A stretch of DNA of 62,295 nt from assembly GCA_965602195.1 (NCBI GenBank), contig CBFCYF010000002.1, positions 1-62,295 of the forward strand, given 5' to 3'. This document shows positions 37,311 to 47,834 of this stretch, piece after piece. The position numbers were made by a program, and so were the translations under genes. Numbering within the stretch: the first letter of the stretch is position 1; every line of letters begins with the position of its first letter. Under the pieces are notes generated by a model. That model did not search any database. It worked only from the letters and a program-made list of their open reading frames with translations, and was not told where the DNA came from. The stretch comes from an uncultured archaeon (GTDB lineage Archaea; Altiarchaeota; Altiarchaeia; IMC4; QMZM01).

Positions 37311-40300
37311 TCATTCATAAACTGTTATGTTAACTGGTTTACTCTTATCCGATATGTCTGGATTATAATATTCATACACCTTCGACTCGGGCGTCTTTGC
37401 TTTTATGGGGTAAAGTGCTTTTAGCCTGTAGGTGAATTCCAGAGGCTTATTTGAACTTATACCGCTCACATACAATATAAGTTGTCTGCCTGTGATCTCA
37501 TATCTATCTACTGCCTCCATGCTCTTAAGCTCTTCCAGGTCTCCTGCAACAACAGAGAATCCAGGTGGAATGCCTAAATCAATTATCACCAGATTAGCTG
37601 CTCCCACCCCGTTGTATGAGGCCTTGACTTTTACTTCAGCCATATCGTTGATCCTGATGTCTGTCGTATCGTATTCCACGTCGATCTTGATTATCTTATC
37701 TGTTGATTCTGTTTTCTCCCAGGGGACATAATATTTTCCAGCTATCTGATAAAATAGGAGTCCTTCACCTTCGTATTCTATCCTGACCTTATTTAATCCC
37801 TCCCGTGTATAGCTTTCCAGATCGATTAGCTGCAGTACCTCGTTGTTTGATTCATCTATGTTGATTCTTGATGCCTTTGCATCATTGATAAACACATCTA
37901 CTACCCCCTTACTACCTGCTTGTTGTAGATGCTCTGCCGCGTAAATTAAGGCCTTTAATGAGAGAACTGTTGCTTGAGTTGAACTATAAGTGCCGAAACT
38001 ATCCTTCTGCTTGATGAGGTAGTTCAACATTTTAACTGCTTTCCCGGGGTTTTTCCCAGCCTTCATATGTGCTAAGGCTGTGAGGGCGGTGATCTCAATG
38101 TCTCTGATACTGCCCTTCGACCCCATTATCGTTCTATCCGTGCTTTCTCCACCACTACTCCAGTGTATCGTATCATTATCCTCTATTTTTGTTTCATCTA
38201 ATTTACTTAGTATGGACTCTACTACCTTTCCGTCTCTGCCATACTCAACCAAGGCGTTTGCGCATAGTGCCAGAGTGTATTCGTCACTGGTTCCTGAGTT
38301 AATATTTTCTTTAATGTAGGATACTGCGTTATCTATCTTATTGCCCCTGTAGTCGCTATTAACCAGGCTCCATGTTATGAGACATGTTGCCGTTAATTTA
38401 GAGCGGGCCATATCCCGGGAGAAATCCACTAGATGACCTTTGGCCTCCCATGAACCGTCACTATTCTGCTGCTCTAGAATCCAGTTCTGTGTTCTTGGGA
38501 TCAGCTCCTCATCTATGTTATAGACCTCAGACATATCCTGAAATTCCATCAGACCGTATGCAGTTAAAATCAGTTTAGGTGGAGGGCTCCCAAACAGGGA
38601 GAACCCACCTGGGGTGTCTGTCTCAAAAGTGAGTAGTCTCTGGTAACCTGTCGCAACATATCCCTCAGCCTTCATCTGCAGTTCCGGGGTTATCTGTTCC
38701 GTCCTTTTCATGTAGTCCAATATCAATACATTCGGGTAGGTTATGGAGGTGGTCTGTTCAAAACACCCGTGAGGTACCCTGAATATATTATCAAGTCCAT
38801 CAACAACCTGGCTGAAGTATCCTGGATAAATCTTCACAAGAATCTTTGATGCATCATCTACGCTGTACTCTGGGATGTATACCTCCTCCTCTATAATACC
38901 CTCAAGCCGGCCATTTGTTGTTGCATAGGTTTCCTCCCCATCCGGAACAACCTCTATCTGCCGTGAAATAGCATCGCTTTTCTCTGTTCCATACGCGTAG
39001 ACCGTGAATTTATGCGGTCCATGCTTCAGTACTTTAATGTGATAGTATGTAACTGTGACCTCACTTGGGTTTAATCTGACTGTCTTCTCTTTCTCATCCA
39101 TTAACTCAAACCAGTATCCCTCCATTAGCTCCAAGCGTATATCCTGGGGCTTATCCAGGTAGTTGTATAGTGCTACTGGAACCCATACCTCATCTCCCTG
39201 GGTCAGGGTTCGGGGCAGATCAACATCAATAAAGAAATCCTGGAATACCAGAATCCCTTTATCTGTGCCGCCTAATCTACCGTCTAATGTGGAGGCTATG
39301 GCACTAAGCCTCCATGAGGTTATGGAGTCAGCCATCTTCAACTCTATGGTTGCTTTACCCTCCTCATCTGTTATCAATGACGGGTTGCTGTACAGGGTTT
39401 CAGGGAAAAACTGTCGGAGGTAAGGCGTGGCTCCCCCCACAGTATCTGCCTCCTCCGTGTCAGGGTACTGCTTGGAAGCCCCATCATATGTCTCTGACCA
39501 GAAGCCAGCGGAACCGCTGCCTGAGGTTCCCAGCTTGAATACCCCCAGCTGCCATATCACTATTGCCCCAAAGAAGACTATAGACAGGATGATGATGAGC
39601 AAAGCCACGGAAAAGAACACAGCCAAAAATTTCTTTCCTATGGCTTTCTCCTTCGTCTTTCCCTTAACGCCTCTCTTTCTGTTTCTAATCCACTTGCAGA
39701 TACCATATATGCCATATAATGGAGTAACTATGAGAACAAGCAGTAAAGCTATGCCTATCACCATAAAATACAGTTGGAGGATGCCAAAGATCATGGTTGA
39801 TGTCGTGTGATCAACATTTATCTGGAGGAATACAACCAGGATAATGAGTATAAACATCAGGAATATCCCCAGGATAAAACCCAGCATAGGGGCAAGAATC
39901 AATAATTGAATTATCCTGTTTTTACCTGATGCGATCTCAACCAGACCGTATATGAGGAGAACTGGATACGCTAGGAGAATTAATATCAGGATTATAATGC
40001 CCACAAGATACAGTTTCCCTGTGTAATCCTTCTTCTGGTCCTCTATCCTGTTTTTCTTTGATATGAATGTGTCTTCCATTATATCGAAGTCGGTTACCTC
40101 CTCAATGGATGCCATATAGGCTCTTGCAACGTCTTCCTCCTCCACCTCTATCTCCGGTCTGATTACTGGGGTTTCCCCTGGTTCTTCTTTCCTTGGCTTG
40201 ATTATCTCTGTGAGTTGAACGTTTTTTATCTGGAATCGCGGCTCAAGAATTTCTTTTTCGAAAAGAAAGTATATCTTCTCAAAGCCGGGCTGTATTTCCT

Positions 40301-42602
40301 TTAGGGCATAAACTGATTCATCAACTATATTAACTCCTAGGGCCGACTGAACCCCGCCGTCCTCATCGCTGACCCTGAAGGATATCTCAGCTTCTTCCCC
40401 TGGAAGATAAACCTCCTTGTCTGTTTCAACATCAATATCCAGATCCCTTGGCATATAAACAATGACTTTCTTAACGTCCCTTACTATGTCCGTGGACCTT
40501 AAAATTTTGTATGTGTGGATCTCAAGGTTTCCTATCATATCAGGTGTTATCTCCAGGTTAACTACGCCTCTGCCACCCTCCAGCTCCAATGCCTTCGTCA
40601 ATATCGTCTGCTTGTTCTTTATCACATCCACGTATGCTGTTTTTGTTCCAACAGAACCGGATGAATAAACGTTAAGGATTGATGTATCCCCAACATAGTA
40701 TATTGGCTTATCCGTATGGAAGATTATCTGCTCTCCTCCCGCTTCTGTAGAGAGATGTTCTGTCTTGGATGATGCTCTCCCTGACTTGTCTCTTGCTGTA
40801 ACACTGATTTTATAGTTTCCTCCCTCAGATGGAGTGAATTTAAATGAACCCACCCCAAGAGTGTTTGTCTCTCCCTTCTTGCTGTTTACAGTTAATGTGG
40901 TTTTAGCCGGTGATTGATCCGGGTAGGTTGTTACCACATATACTGTGTTCTCCATCCCCACCTTCAGCTTGTTTCTCTCAGGTATTATGTGGATGTTTAT
41001 GGGATGTTTTGATACAGGCACTGTTTCAACGATGGTTTCCCTGTGATTTGTGCTGTCTGTGACTGAGACATTTAAAAGAAGTAAAGCGTTGCCTTTCTCC
41101 AGGGGCAGGCCAACGAGGTACTCTGGGAGCTTTACCTCGAAATCAAAGTTTCCGAATTCATCTGTTTTTCCGGTGACGTGGGCGTGTTTCTTCACATCTA
41201 TTTCATACGCGGATACGGTGACATCAACGTTCGCGTTGGAAACCGCTTTGCCGAAGAAGTATTGTGCCGAGAGAAAGCCTTTCAGTGTCTCAGATGGTAG
41301 ATAAAAGTCGCTGTCTGTCTCGAAATCTATCCTGTATTTAGGCAGCACATATTTCTCGACTTTGATCTTCTTCTCCTGTTCATCCAGGGATGTCAGGGCC
41401 CTTACAGTGTATCTTCCCGTAAGTACTTCATCTGCCAGGGTAAACTCTGCTGATGAGATGCCGTAGTCGTTGGTTTGGGTGATGAGCTTGAATACTTTAT
41501 TGGATTTGGAGTCTTCAACCTCCAATGTGATGTTTTCGTTGGCATAGGGTTTCAGGTTAAATGGATTTAATACAAGGGCTCTTATGTGTATCTCCTGCGT
41601 CGGTTGATAGATTGGTTTATCTGTGGTGAGAAGTATCTTAGCCTTTCGCCTTATCTCCACATTTTTCTCTATTAAGTCCGGGCCAGCCTTTATTATTAAC
41701 CTGTATTCCCCGGGAGCTATATCCTCCGGGACATTAAACTTTACATCCACAGTCCCAGTATCTGAGGTTTTCCCTTGGTAGAGTATCTTCTCGTATCTGT
41801 TCAATAAATCCCCTTTAGTTATCTTCACCTCAATATCTGTGTTTTCTATTGGGTTACCGTTCACAGATTCCCTGGCAATGACTCTCAGTGAGGCTGTTGA
41901 GCCTGAGATGAATTTACTGTGAGCGAATACGAGTGTCTGCTGTTCGCTTGTGAAATGCTCAAGGTTGTAGATGTAGAATGTATATGAAAGAAAGGATATC
42001 AGGAAGATGACGACAGCGTATCCAATATATTTTCTGTTGAGTTTTGGTTTCCCGTGTCTTTTAAGGTAAAAAAATACTGTGGCGAGGCAGATAATAGTGA
42101 TCATCACATATACGGGGGTTAAATCAACACCTGCTTCCTTTTCTGCTTTTCCCTGGGGTTTCAGGGTGGTTGTTATTTTATTTGCTGCTGCTCCTGAGCT
42201 ATCCATGGGACCCCATATTCTGCCGGTACTGCTGCGGATTATGCCTGTAATCTGGTTTTCATGAACTAATGTAACTTTGAAATCATAGCTGTCTACTCCG
42301 GGCATAGCGCAGTTTGGATGGGCGGCCACATTTAAGGTGAATGTGTCTCCTGCGGCAACAACTGTTTCTGTGGCGGTGATTCTTCCGCAACGGAGGCCAT
42401 TGTTTTCCACATAGCTGTCTTTGGGATATACTTTTATGTTTGACCCTGCGGCATTCATAAATACAATCGCCCCTGAACCATCATCGCTGAAGGCGTGGTC
42501 TATGGGCCTCTGTGCGGATACTAAAACAGAAAACGGAAAGATCAGGATACATAACATGAGAATAAGTTTATAACTGATTTTTGGTTTTCCCCTATTCATC
42601 AT
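37311..42602 (-). CDS. Alpha-2-macroglobulin-like giant protein (1763 aa) with internal membrane-spanning segments
   Basis: N-terminal signal/TM; MG-like beta-rich regions; a cluster of 4-6 TM helices at about aa 875-1010; C-terminal thioester-domain-like region with HGCFEQT (compare the GCGEQ thioester) and an A2M receptor-domain-like tail. Confidence 0.65.
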   Translation of the reverse strand: MMNRGKPKISYKLILMLCILIFPFSVLVSAQRPIDHAFSDDGSGAIVFMNAAGSNIKVYPKDSYVENNGLRCGRITATETVVAAGDTFTLNVAAHPNCAMPGVDSYDFKVTLVHENQITGIIRSSTGRIWGPMDSSGAAANKITTTLKPQGKAEKEAGVDLTPVYVMITIICLATVFFYLKRHGKPKLNRKYIGYAVVIFLISFLSYTFYIYNLEHFTSEQQTLVFAHSKFISGSTASLRVIARESVNGNPIENTDIEVKITKGDLLNRYEKILYQGKTSDTGTVDVKFNVPEDIAPGEYRLIIKAGPDLIEKNVEIRRKAKILLTTDKPIYQPTQEIHIRALVLNPFNLKPYANENITLEVEDSKSNKVFKLITQTNDYGISSAEFTLADEVLTGRYTVRALTSLDEQEKKIKVEKYVLPKYRIDFETDSDFYLPSETLKGFLSAQYFFGKAVSNANVDVTVSAYEIDVKKHAHVTGKTDEFGNFDFEVKLPEYLVGLPLEKGNALLLLNVSVTDSTNHRETIVETVPVSKHPINIHIIPERNKLKVGMENTVYVVTTYPDQSPAKTTLTVNSKKGETNTLGVGSFKFTPSEGGNYKISVTARDKSGRASSKTEHLSTEAGGEQIIFHTDKPIYYVGDTSILNVYSSGSVGTKTAYVDVIKNKQTILTKALELEGGRGVVNLEITPDMIGNLEIHTYKILRSTDIVRDVKKVIVYMPRDLDIDVETDKEVYLPGEEAEISFRVSDEDGGVQSALGVNIVDESVYALKEIQPGFEKIYFLFEKEILEPRFQIKNVQLTEIIKPRKEEPGETPVIRPEIEVEEEDVARAYMASIEEVTDFDIMEDTFISKKNRIEDQKKDYTGKLYLVGIIILILILLAYPVLLIYGLVEIASGKNRIIQLLILAPMLGFILGIFLMFILIILVVFLQINVDHTTSTMIFGILQLYFMVIGIALLLVLIVTPLYGIYGICKWIRNRKRGVKGKTKEKAIGKKFLAVFFSVALLIIILSIVFFGAIVIWQLGVFKLGTSGSGSAGFWSETYDGASKQYPDTEEADTVGGATPYLRQFFPETLYSNPSLITDEEGKATIELKMADSITSWRLSAIASTLDGRLGGTDKGILVFQDFFIDVDLPRTLTQGDEVWVPVALYNYLDKPQDIRLELMEGYWFELMDEKEKTVRLNPSEVTVTYYHIKVLKHGPHKFTVYAYGTEKSDAISRQIEVVPDGEETYATTNGRLEGIIEEEVYIPEYSVDDASKILVKIYPGYFSQVVDGLDNIFRVPHGCFEQTTSITYPNVLILDYMKRTEQITPELQMKAEGYVATGYQRLLTFETDTPGGFSLFGSPPPKLILTAYGLMEFQDMSEVYNIDEELIPRTQNWILEQQNSDGSWEAKGHLVDFSRDMARSKLTATCLITWSLVNSDYRGNKIDNAVSYIKENINSGTSDEYTLALCANALVEYGRDGKVVESILSKLDETKIEDNDTIHWSSGGESTDRTIMGSKGSIRDIEITALTALAHMKAGKNPGKAVKMLNYLIKQKDSFGTYSSTQATVLSLKALIYAAEHLQQAGSKGVVDVFINDAKASRINIDESNNEVLQLIDLESYTREGLNKVRIEYEGEGLLFYQIAGKYYVPWEKTESTDKIIKIDVEYDTTDIRINDMAEVKVKASYNGVGAANLVIIDLGIPPGFSVVAGDLEELKSMEAVDRYEITGRQLILYVSGISSNKPLEFTYRLKALYPIKAKTPESKVYEYYNPDISDKSKPVNITVYE

Positions 42603-42647
42603 ATAATGTTAATGAGTATATTAGGATAAATATCTTTCGCTTTAAAA

Positions 42648-43430
42648 ATGAAGGGACAACATAAAAAACTGAGGGAGATTATTTCGGGGAAGATGGGGGT
42701 GGTTGTTGCTTTTTCTGGGGGGGTTGACAGCAGCGTTGTCGCCAGGCTGGCAAAAGACGTGCTTGGAGGTGATTCTGTTGCGGTCACCATCAACTCCGTT
42801 GTTTTATCCAGGGCTGATCTTGTGAACGCCAGGAAGATGGCGGATGAGATAGGGATAAAGCACAGGGTTGTGGAATATGATATCCTGAAAGATGAGGATT
42901 TCGCAAAAAATTCCTGTGACAGGTGTTATTTCTGTAAGAGGTATTTCTCAGGGATCCTGAATGAGATCGGAAAGGATATGGGTTTCGGCTGCGTTATGGA
43001 CGGAACCAACGCCGATGACTTACTTCAGAACCGACCTGGTTTGAGGGCGATAAAGGAGGCGGGGATTATATCGCCTCTGGCGGAGGCGGGAATAGGAAAA
43101 GAAGAGGTGAGGAAGATCGCAGAAAATCTGGGATTGAGCTGCTATAACAGGCCCTCAAACACCTGCCTTGCCACAAGAATCCCTGTTGGTGTAGTGATAA
43201 CTGTGGAGGAGCTGGGGAAAATAGAGAAAGCTGAGGAGTTCCTTGGGGATCTCGGGGTGAGGGATCTGAGGGTCAGATGTATGGGGGCTCTTGCGAGGAT
43301 AGAGGCAGATACTGAATATCTTCCTATTTTATCGGAAAAATATAATGAAATAGTGGATAGATTCCTGGAGCTGGGATTCAAACATGTAACTTGCCACCCC
43401 TACAGCCTGCGACGTGAACCTGACTTATAA
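42648..43430 (+). CDS. PP-loop ATP pyrophosphatase, LarE/TIGR00268-like
   Basis: SGGVDS PP-loop; internal CDRCYFCKRYF Cys cluster; about 260 aa. Confidence 0.5.
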   Translation: MKGQHKKLREIISGKMGVVVAFSGGVDSSVVARLAKDVLGGDSVAVTINSVVLSRADLVNARKMADEIGIKHRVVEYDILKDEDFAKNSCDRCYFCKRYFSGILNEIGKDMGFGCVMDGTNADDLLQNRPGLRAIKEAGIISPLAEAGIGKEEVRKIAENLGLSCYNRPSNTCLATRIPVGVVITVEELGKIEKAEEFLGDLGVRDLRVRCMGALARIEADTEYLPILSEKYNEIVDRFLELGFKHVTCHPYSLRREPDL

Positions 43431-43453
43431 TTCCACCCACCCTATAATCTTCT

Positions 43454-44251
43454 ATGGGCCAACTTAAGAGTTATGATTTTGTTCTGGATAGATACATTAG
43501 ATCCATCGAGTGGCTGAGGGAGGAATTCAGCGATATGGATGATTTGGCGGATGTGGTTATGGGAATACGGGACTGGGATGATGCGGTTTGTGTTGAGTTC
43601 GGAGGAAAGAGTTTATTGGTGAGTGTGGATGGTCCCTACAAGAAGAGACTTGTGATGAAGTCGGCCCTAATACATGCATCCACTGATGTGGTGGTTAAGG
43701 GGGGGGAACCCTTATTTGCCTTAGACACCCTGATTGGAGGTAAAGACGAGATAAGGGAAATGGCTCTCAGCCTTAAAAATCAGGCGTTGGCGATGGAGAT
43801 CCCTCTTTTAGGTGGAAACACCATGTTTGAGGATGATGCAGCCCCCAGAGCTAATATCACGGTTGTGGGTGAGCTGGTAACTGATGAGCCCATACGGGAC
43901 TCCGGGGCCCGGGAGGGAGATTTCCTTGTTGTTGTCGGGGAGCCGATCTGGGGAAGCCAGAAGCAGAGGATCGATAAAGCCAGCAACCTGTTTGAGACAT
44001 GGTTCGATATCCTACCTGCTATACGGGTGAATGCGGCAAAAGATGTGACCAAAGGTGGCTTGGCGGCAACCATCTACGAGATCTGTGAGAAATCAGGGGT
44101 TGAATTTAAACTCGAGGACAGTATCCCGTTTCCCATGACCAGAAACCTCGACAACTTCCTGATCTCCATCTCCCCCGATGATTACAGTAAGGCAAAGAGG
44201 ATATGTGGGAAAACAAGGTGTTGGATAGTAAAGATCGGGGAGGTTTTTTAA
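43454..44251 (+). CDS. AIR synthase-related (PurM-like fold) protein
   Basis: DWDDAVCVEF...LVSVDG matches the PurM N-domain pattern (GDDAA...D). Confidence 0.45.
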   Translation: MGQLKSYDFVLDRYIRSIEWLREEFSDMDDLADVVMGIRDWDDAVCVEFGGKSLLVSVDGPYKKRLVMKSALIHASTDVVVKGGEPLFALDTLIGGKDEIREMALSLKNQALAMEIPLLGGNTMFEDDAAPRANITVVGELVTDEPIRDSGAREGDFLVVVGEPIWGSQKQRIDKASNLFETWFDILPAIRVNAAKDVTKGGLAATIYEICEKSGVEFKLEDSIPFPMTRNLDNFLISISPDDYSKAKRICGKTRCWIVKIGEVF

Positions 44252-44302
44252 CGATTCTCGGAAAAAGCTCTATTTTATTACTGTTTTCCTTATTTAAGTA
44301 TA

Positions 44303-44626
44303 ATGGCAACAAAAAAAGTATCTAAGAAAGGAGTTTTTGTCAGGATACTGGTCTTGGATGTTCTTAAGCCCCACAAACCCAATATACTTGAATTCGGCAG
44401 GATTCTGGGCCAGGAGGAGTCTGTAGACAGCCTGAATATATCCGTCTATGCGGTGGATGAAAAAACGGAGTCGGTTAAGGTGGTTTTGGATGGATATAAC
44501 ATAGACTCTGACGCCATAGAGAAGCTTATTGAGAAAGAGGGGGCTGCTATCCATTCCATGGACAAAGTGGTGTTGGGTGAGAGGAAGGTAATTGAGGTGC
44601 CTTCCGTCGAAGTTGGCATTAGATAA
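44303..44626 (+). CDS. DUF211 (COG1888) archaeal small protein
   Basis: RILVLDVLKPHKPNILEF...SVKVVLDG...AIHSMDKVVLG matches the family pattern RLVLDVLKPH.P...TE..K..IEG...GG.IHSIDEVV.G. Confidence 0.6.
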   Translation: MATKKVSKKGVFVRILVLDVLKPHKPNILEFGRILGQEESVDSLNISVYAVDEKTESVKVVLDGYNIDSDAIEKLIEKEGAAIHSMDKVVLGERKVIEVPSVEVGIR

Positions 44627-44636
44627 TCATTGAGAG

Positions 44637-45221
44637 ATGAACTTACAGTATCTGATCAATATTCTCAGGGAGGAGGGAATAGCTCGTCGTTTCTTTGTTA
44701 TGAACTCCTTTGATGGTGTTTTAACTGTTTTAGGGGTTATTACGGCGATGTATCTCTCCGGCGAAAGCGATTCTCGTATTATATTGCTTTCCTGTTTCGC
44801 CCCTGCGGTGGCGTTGATGATCTCCGGTATCTGGAGCGCCTATGCCATTGAGAAAGCTGAGAGGGCGTTGGAGTTAAGGAGGTTGGAGAAGCAGATGCTT
44901 GTGGATCTGGGGGAGACCGCGATAGGCAAGAAGCTGGACACACTGGTTTTTATGGACAGCCTCATTAATGGATTGTCTCCCCTGATTGTTTCTCTTGTGA
45001 TAATCTTTCCTTTTATCCTCTCTCATATGGAAATAATTGATCTGGCTTCAGCCTTTCTATATGCCCTCCTACTGGTACTTATCTGTTTAACTCTCCTGGG
45101 TTTTTTTGTAGGTAAGGTTGGAGGAGAGAACATGCTTAAGAGCGGGATAAAAATGTTGATTGCAGGAGTATGTGTGGGTTTAATTCTTGTGGTGCTTAAT
45201 TCATATGTCCTGCCCATGTGA
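44637..45221 (+). CDS. Membrane protein (5-6 TM)
   Basis: Hydrophobic profile; 10 nt after the DUF211 gene. Confidence 0.45.
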   Translation: MNLQYLINILREEGIARRFFVMNSFDGVLTVLGVITAMYLSGESDSRIILLSCFAPAVALMISGIWSAYAIEKAERALELRRLEKQMLVDLGETAIGKKLDTLVFMDSLINGLSPLIVSLVIIFPFILSHMEIIDLASAFLYALLLVLICLTLLGFFVGKVGGENMLKSGIKMLIAGVCVGLILVVLNSYVLPM

Positions 45222-45251
45222 GATAAAAACGGAGGTAATCTGATATATCCT

Positions 45252-45851
45252 TCAGGAGTATCTCACTCTTTTTTCGATCGTGCTTATCCTGTCAATAATT
45301 TTTTTTCTTTCTGGGGGATTATAGCCTTCAATGATGTACTTCCATATATCCTCCGACATACTAGCATGCGCCGCATTCAGGGATTTCTTCAGGACCACGA
45401 GATCCATTGCCTTATCCTCCACCCTGGTTGACATAACCCCTAAACCAAAATCAATTAAATAGATTCCTCCCTCCCCCAGAATCATATTAGATGAGGTTAA
45501 ATCATTATGGATGATGTTGTGTTCATGTAATCTCGCCACTATTTCCCCCACCTCCTTTGCTATTTTAGATATCTCTTCTCTCCCGCAGGAGTCAAAGAAA
45601 TCCTTCAGCGACCTTCCCTTAATATAATCCATCTCAATACTCCTGTCTTTAACGTCAACATTATACACTGAGGGGACAGGAACCCCCACCCTCTTTGCCT
45701 TCTTAAGTAGCCTGAATTCTCTTTTTGTTCTCATGGCTCGCAGTTTCTCATCTAATTCCTTAACTCTATATTCCTTCCTTACCCTGCACTTAACGAGCTT
45801 TCCCTTATGACAGTAGAGGTCAGCCTCAGCGCCCTTATCTATTAAATCCAT
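45252..45851 (-). CDS. bud32: Kae1-associated kinase Bud32 (RIO-type)
   Basis: IIHNDLTSSNMIL and IDFGLG. Confidence 0.8.
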   Translation of the reverse strand: MDLIDKGAEADLYCHKGKLVKCRVRKEYRVKELDEKLRAMRTKREFRLLKKAKRVGVPVPSVYNVDVKDRSIEMDYIKGRSLKDFFDSCGREEISKIAKEVGEIVARLHEHNIIHNDLTSSNMILGEGGIYLIDFGLGVMSTRVEDKAMDLVVLKKSLNAAHASMSEDIWKYIIEGYNPPERKKIIDRISTIEKRVRYS

Positions 45852-45934
45852 CCCCCAACCACTATTTTTTTTGTTTAACTCTAAATATATTCTTCTATTG
45901 AATTATTCATTCAATCCATATATCTAACCTTAAT

Positions 45935-46192
45935 GTGCAGAAAATGGATCTAGATCAAGTTATAGAAAAGATGGGTGAGGCTTCGCAGGATTACTCCATG
46001 CCGGCGAGGGTAAGGCGGACATTAGATGAGGTGGCTGCAGAGCTTATGGCTGATGACCAGGACACAGCAGTTAAGGTAACCACAGCCATATACAATCTGG
46101 ATGATATCGTGGAGGATGTGAATATCTCCATGCACGCCAAGACTGTTCTCTGGGACATCATAAGCGATCTGGAATCCATAAGGGGGCAATAA
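45935..46192 (+). CDS. UPF0147-family small protein
   Basis: About 85 aa; MPARVRR...AIYNLDDI...MHAKTVLWDIISDLESI pattern. Confidence 0.45.
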   Translation: MQKMDLDQVIEKMGEASQDYSMPARVRRTLDEVAAELMADDQDTAVKVTTAIYNLDDIVEDVNISMHAKTVLWDIISDLESIRGQ

Positions 46193-46194
46193 AA

Positions 46195-47160
46195 TTGACA
46201 TCCATAGATCAACGACTTAATCTCATTGAAAGAAACACCGCTGAAATTGTTACCGGGCAGGAGCTAAGGGATCTCCTTAAGGAAAAGAAAACCCCTGTAA
46301 GCTATTGTGGATATGAGGTCTCCGGCCCCATACACATAGGAACCCTGATAGCAATTAATAAGCAACTGGATTTTCTTAATGCGGGTTGTAAGGTAATAGT
46401 GCTTCTTGCTGATCTACACACTCACCTGAACAGGAAGGGAGATGAGCAGTTCATAAAGGAGATGGTGGAATACTGGAGGAATTCACTTATGGCTCTGGGG
46501 TTGAAGAAGGCGGAATTTGTGTTAGGCACTGAATTTGAGCTGGGTGAGGACTATGTGTATGATGTCCTGGATTTGGGGTTGCTGACTAACGTGAAGAGAG
46601 CAGTTAGGAGTATGCAGGAGATTGCCAGGGATATCGAGCACGCCAGGGTTTCTCAGATGATTTATCCCCTGATGCAGATTGCGGACATAAAGGCGTTGGG
46701 GGTGGATATTGCTTGCGGGGGGATGGAGCAGAGGAAGATTCATATGCTGGCAAGGGAACTTCTGCCTTCCATAGGTTACAGGAAACCGGTTTGCGTGCAC
46801 ACCCCACTCTTATGTTCACTTCAGGGGCCCGGGTCGAAGATGTCCTCAAGTAAGCCGGAAACCATGGTGAGGATAGATGATTCCCCCGATGAAATAAGGA
46901 AAAAGGTAAATAATGCCTACTGCCCTCCCAAGGTGGAGGGAAATCCCATCCTCGAGATATGCAGGTATCTTATTTTCCCGAGGACGGGCAGTTTGGAGGT
47001 TAAGAGACCCGAGAAATTCGGAGGCGATATTGTTTTTGATTCCTATCCTGAACTGGAGAAGGCGTATATGGAAAAGAGACTGCATGCCATGGATTTAAAG
47101 AACTCGGTGGCCGGGAATCTGATGGAGATGCTTGAGCCTGTGAGGGATAACGTTGGCTGA
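46195..47160 (+). CDS. tyrS: Tyrosyl-tRNA synthetase (archaeal short form)
   Basis: HIGT (HIGH) and KMSSS (KMSKS) motifs; GGMEQRKIHMLARELLP is identical to M. jannaschii TyrRS. Confidence 0.9.
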   Translation: MTSIDQRLNLIERNTAEIVTGQELRDLLKEKKTPVSYCGYEVSGPIHIGTLIAINKQLDFLNAGCKVIVLLADLHTHLNRKGDEQFIKEMVEYWRNSLMALGLKKAEFVLGTEFELGEDYVYDVLDLGLLTNVKRAVRSMQEIARDIEHARVSQMIYPLMQIADIKALGVDIACGGMEQRKIHMLARELLPSIGYRKPVCVHTPLLCSLQGPGSKMSSSKPETMVRIDDSPDEIRKKVNNAYCPPKVEGNPILEICRYLIFPRTGSLEVKRPEKFGGDIVFDSYPELEKAYMEKRLHAMDLKNSVAGNLMEMLEPVRDNVG

Positions 47161-47165
47161 CTAAT

Positions 47166-47681
47166 ATGGAATCTAACATATGGCTTGGTGCTCTGATTCA
47201 TCCCGCTGAGACGTTCAGGGCTGAGAAGGAGAGGGCGTCTGTGGGGGATGCGCTGAATAACGTTGCAGTTGCTGGATTAATAGTCAGCGTAGTCTTCGGA
47301 CTCCTATTCTGGTCTCCGTTTGGACTTTTTGGACTTGCTATTGGCATCATATTACCCCCTATTTTCATCACCCTATCATTTCTATTTGAGTCCCTGGCCT
47401 TCTTCATCACAGCAAAAATTCTCGGAGGTAAAGGCGACTTCAGCACACAGACCTATCTGATGTCCTTATTCACAACCCCGTTGGTTGTACTATCCCTGGT
47501 AAGGCTTATTCCAAATGGGTGGATTCTTTACCTACCAATAGCACTTTATTGCCTCCAGCCTCTTACCCTAGCCTTAAGAGAAAGCCATGGGTTTAGTATA
47601 ATAAGGGCTGTATTAGCATGGCTAATGCCTAATATAATTCTGAGTCTGATACCTGTTCTGCTTAACATGCCGTTTTATTGA
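47166..47681 (+). CDS. Membrane protein, Yip1-like
   Basis: Four or five TM helices; 5 nt after tyrS. Confidence 0.35.
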   Translation: MESNIWLGALIHPAETFRAEKERASVGDALNNVAVAGLIVSVVFGLLFWSPFGLFGLAIGIILPPIFITLSFLFESLAFFITAKILGGKGDFSTQTYLMSLFTTPLVVLSLVRLIPNGWILYLPIALYCLQPLTLALRESHGFSIIRAVLAWLMPNIILSLIPVLLNMPFY

Positions 47682-47834
47682 TTTAATTAATTCCAGCCTG
47701 AAATCAGTACTCATCCTTAATCTGAACTGGAAAACGCGCGCCTGGAAGCTTCATCCTGCTAATCTAAAGAAAGCTGTGGCGAATAAAACTGGCGGAGGTG
47801 TTCGCTTATAACTAACACAGCCGTATATAGTAAT

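Noticed and set aside
44294-44554. 86-aa minus-strand ORF overlapping the DUF211 gene
   Set aside because: The plus-strand frame matches the DUF211 family pattern; the minus frame has no features.
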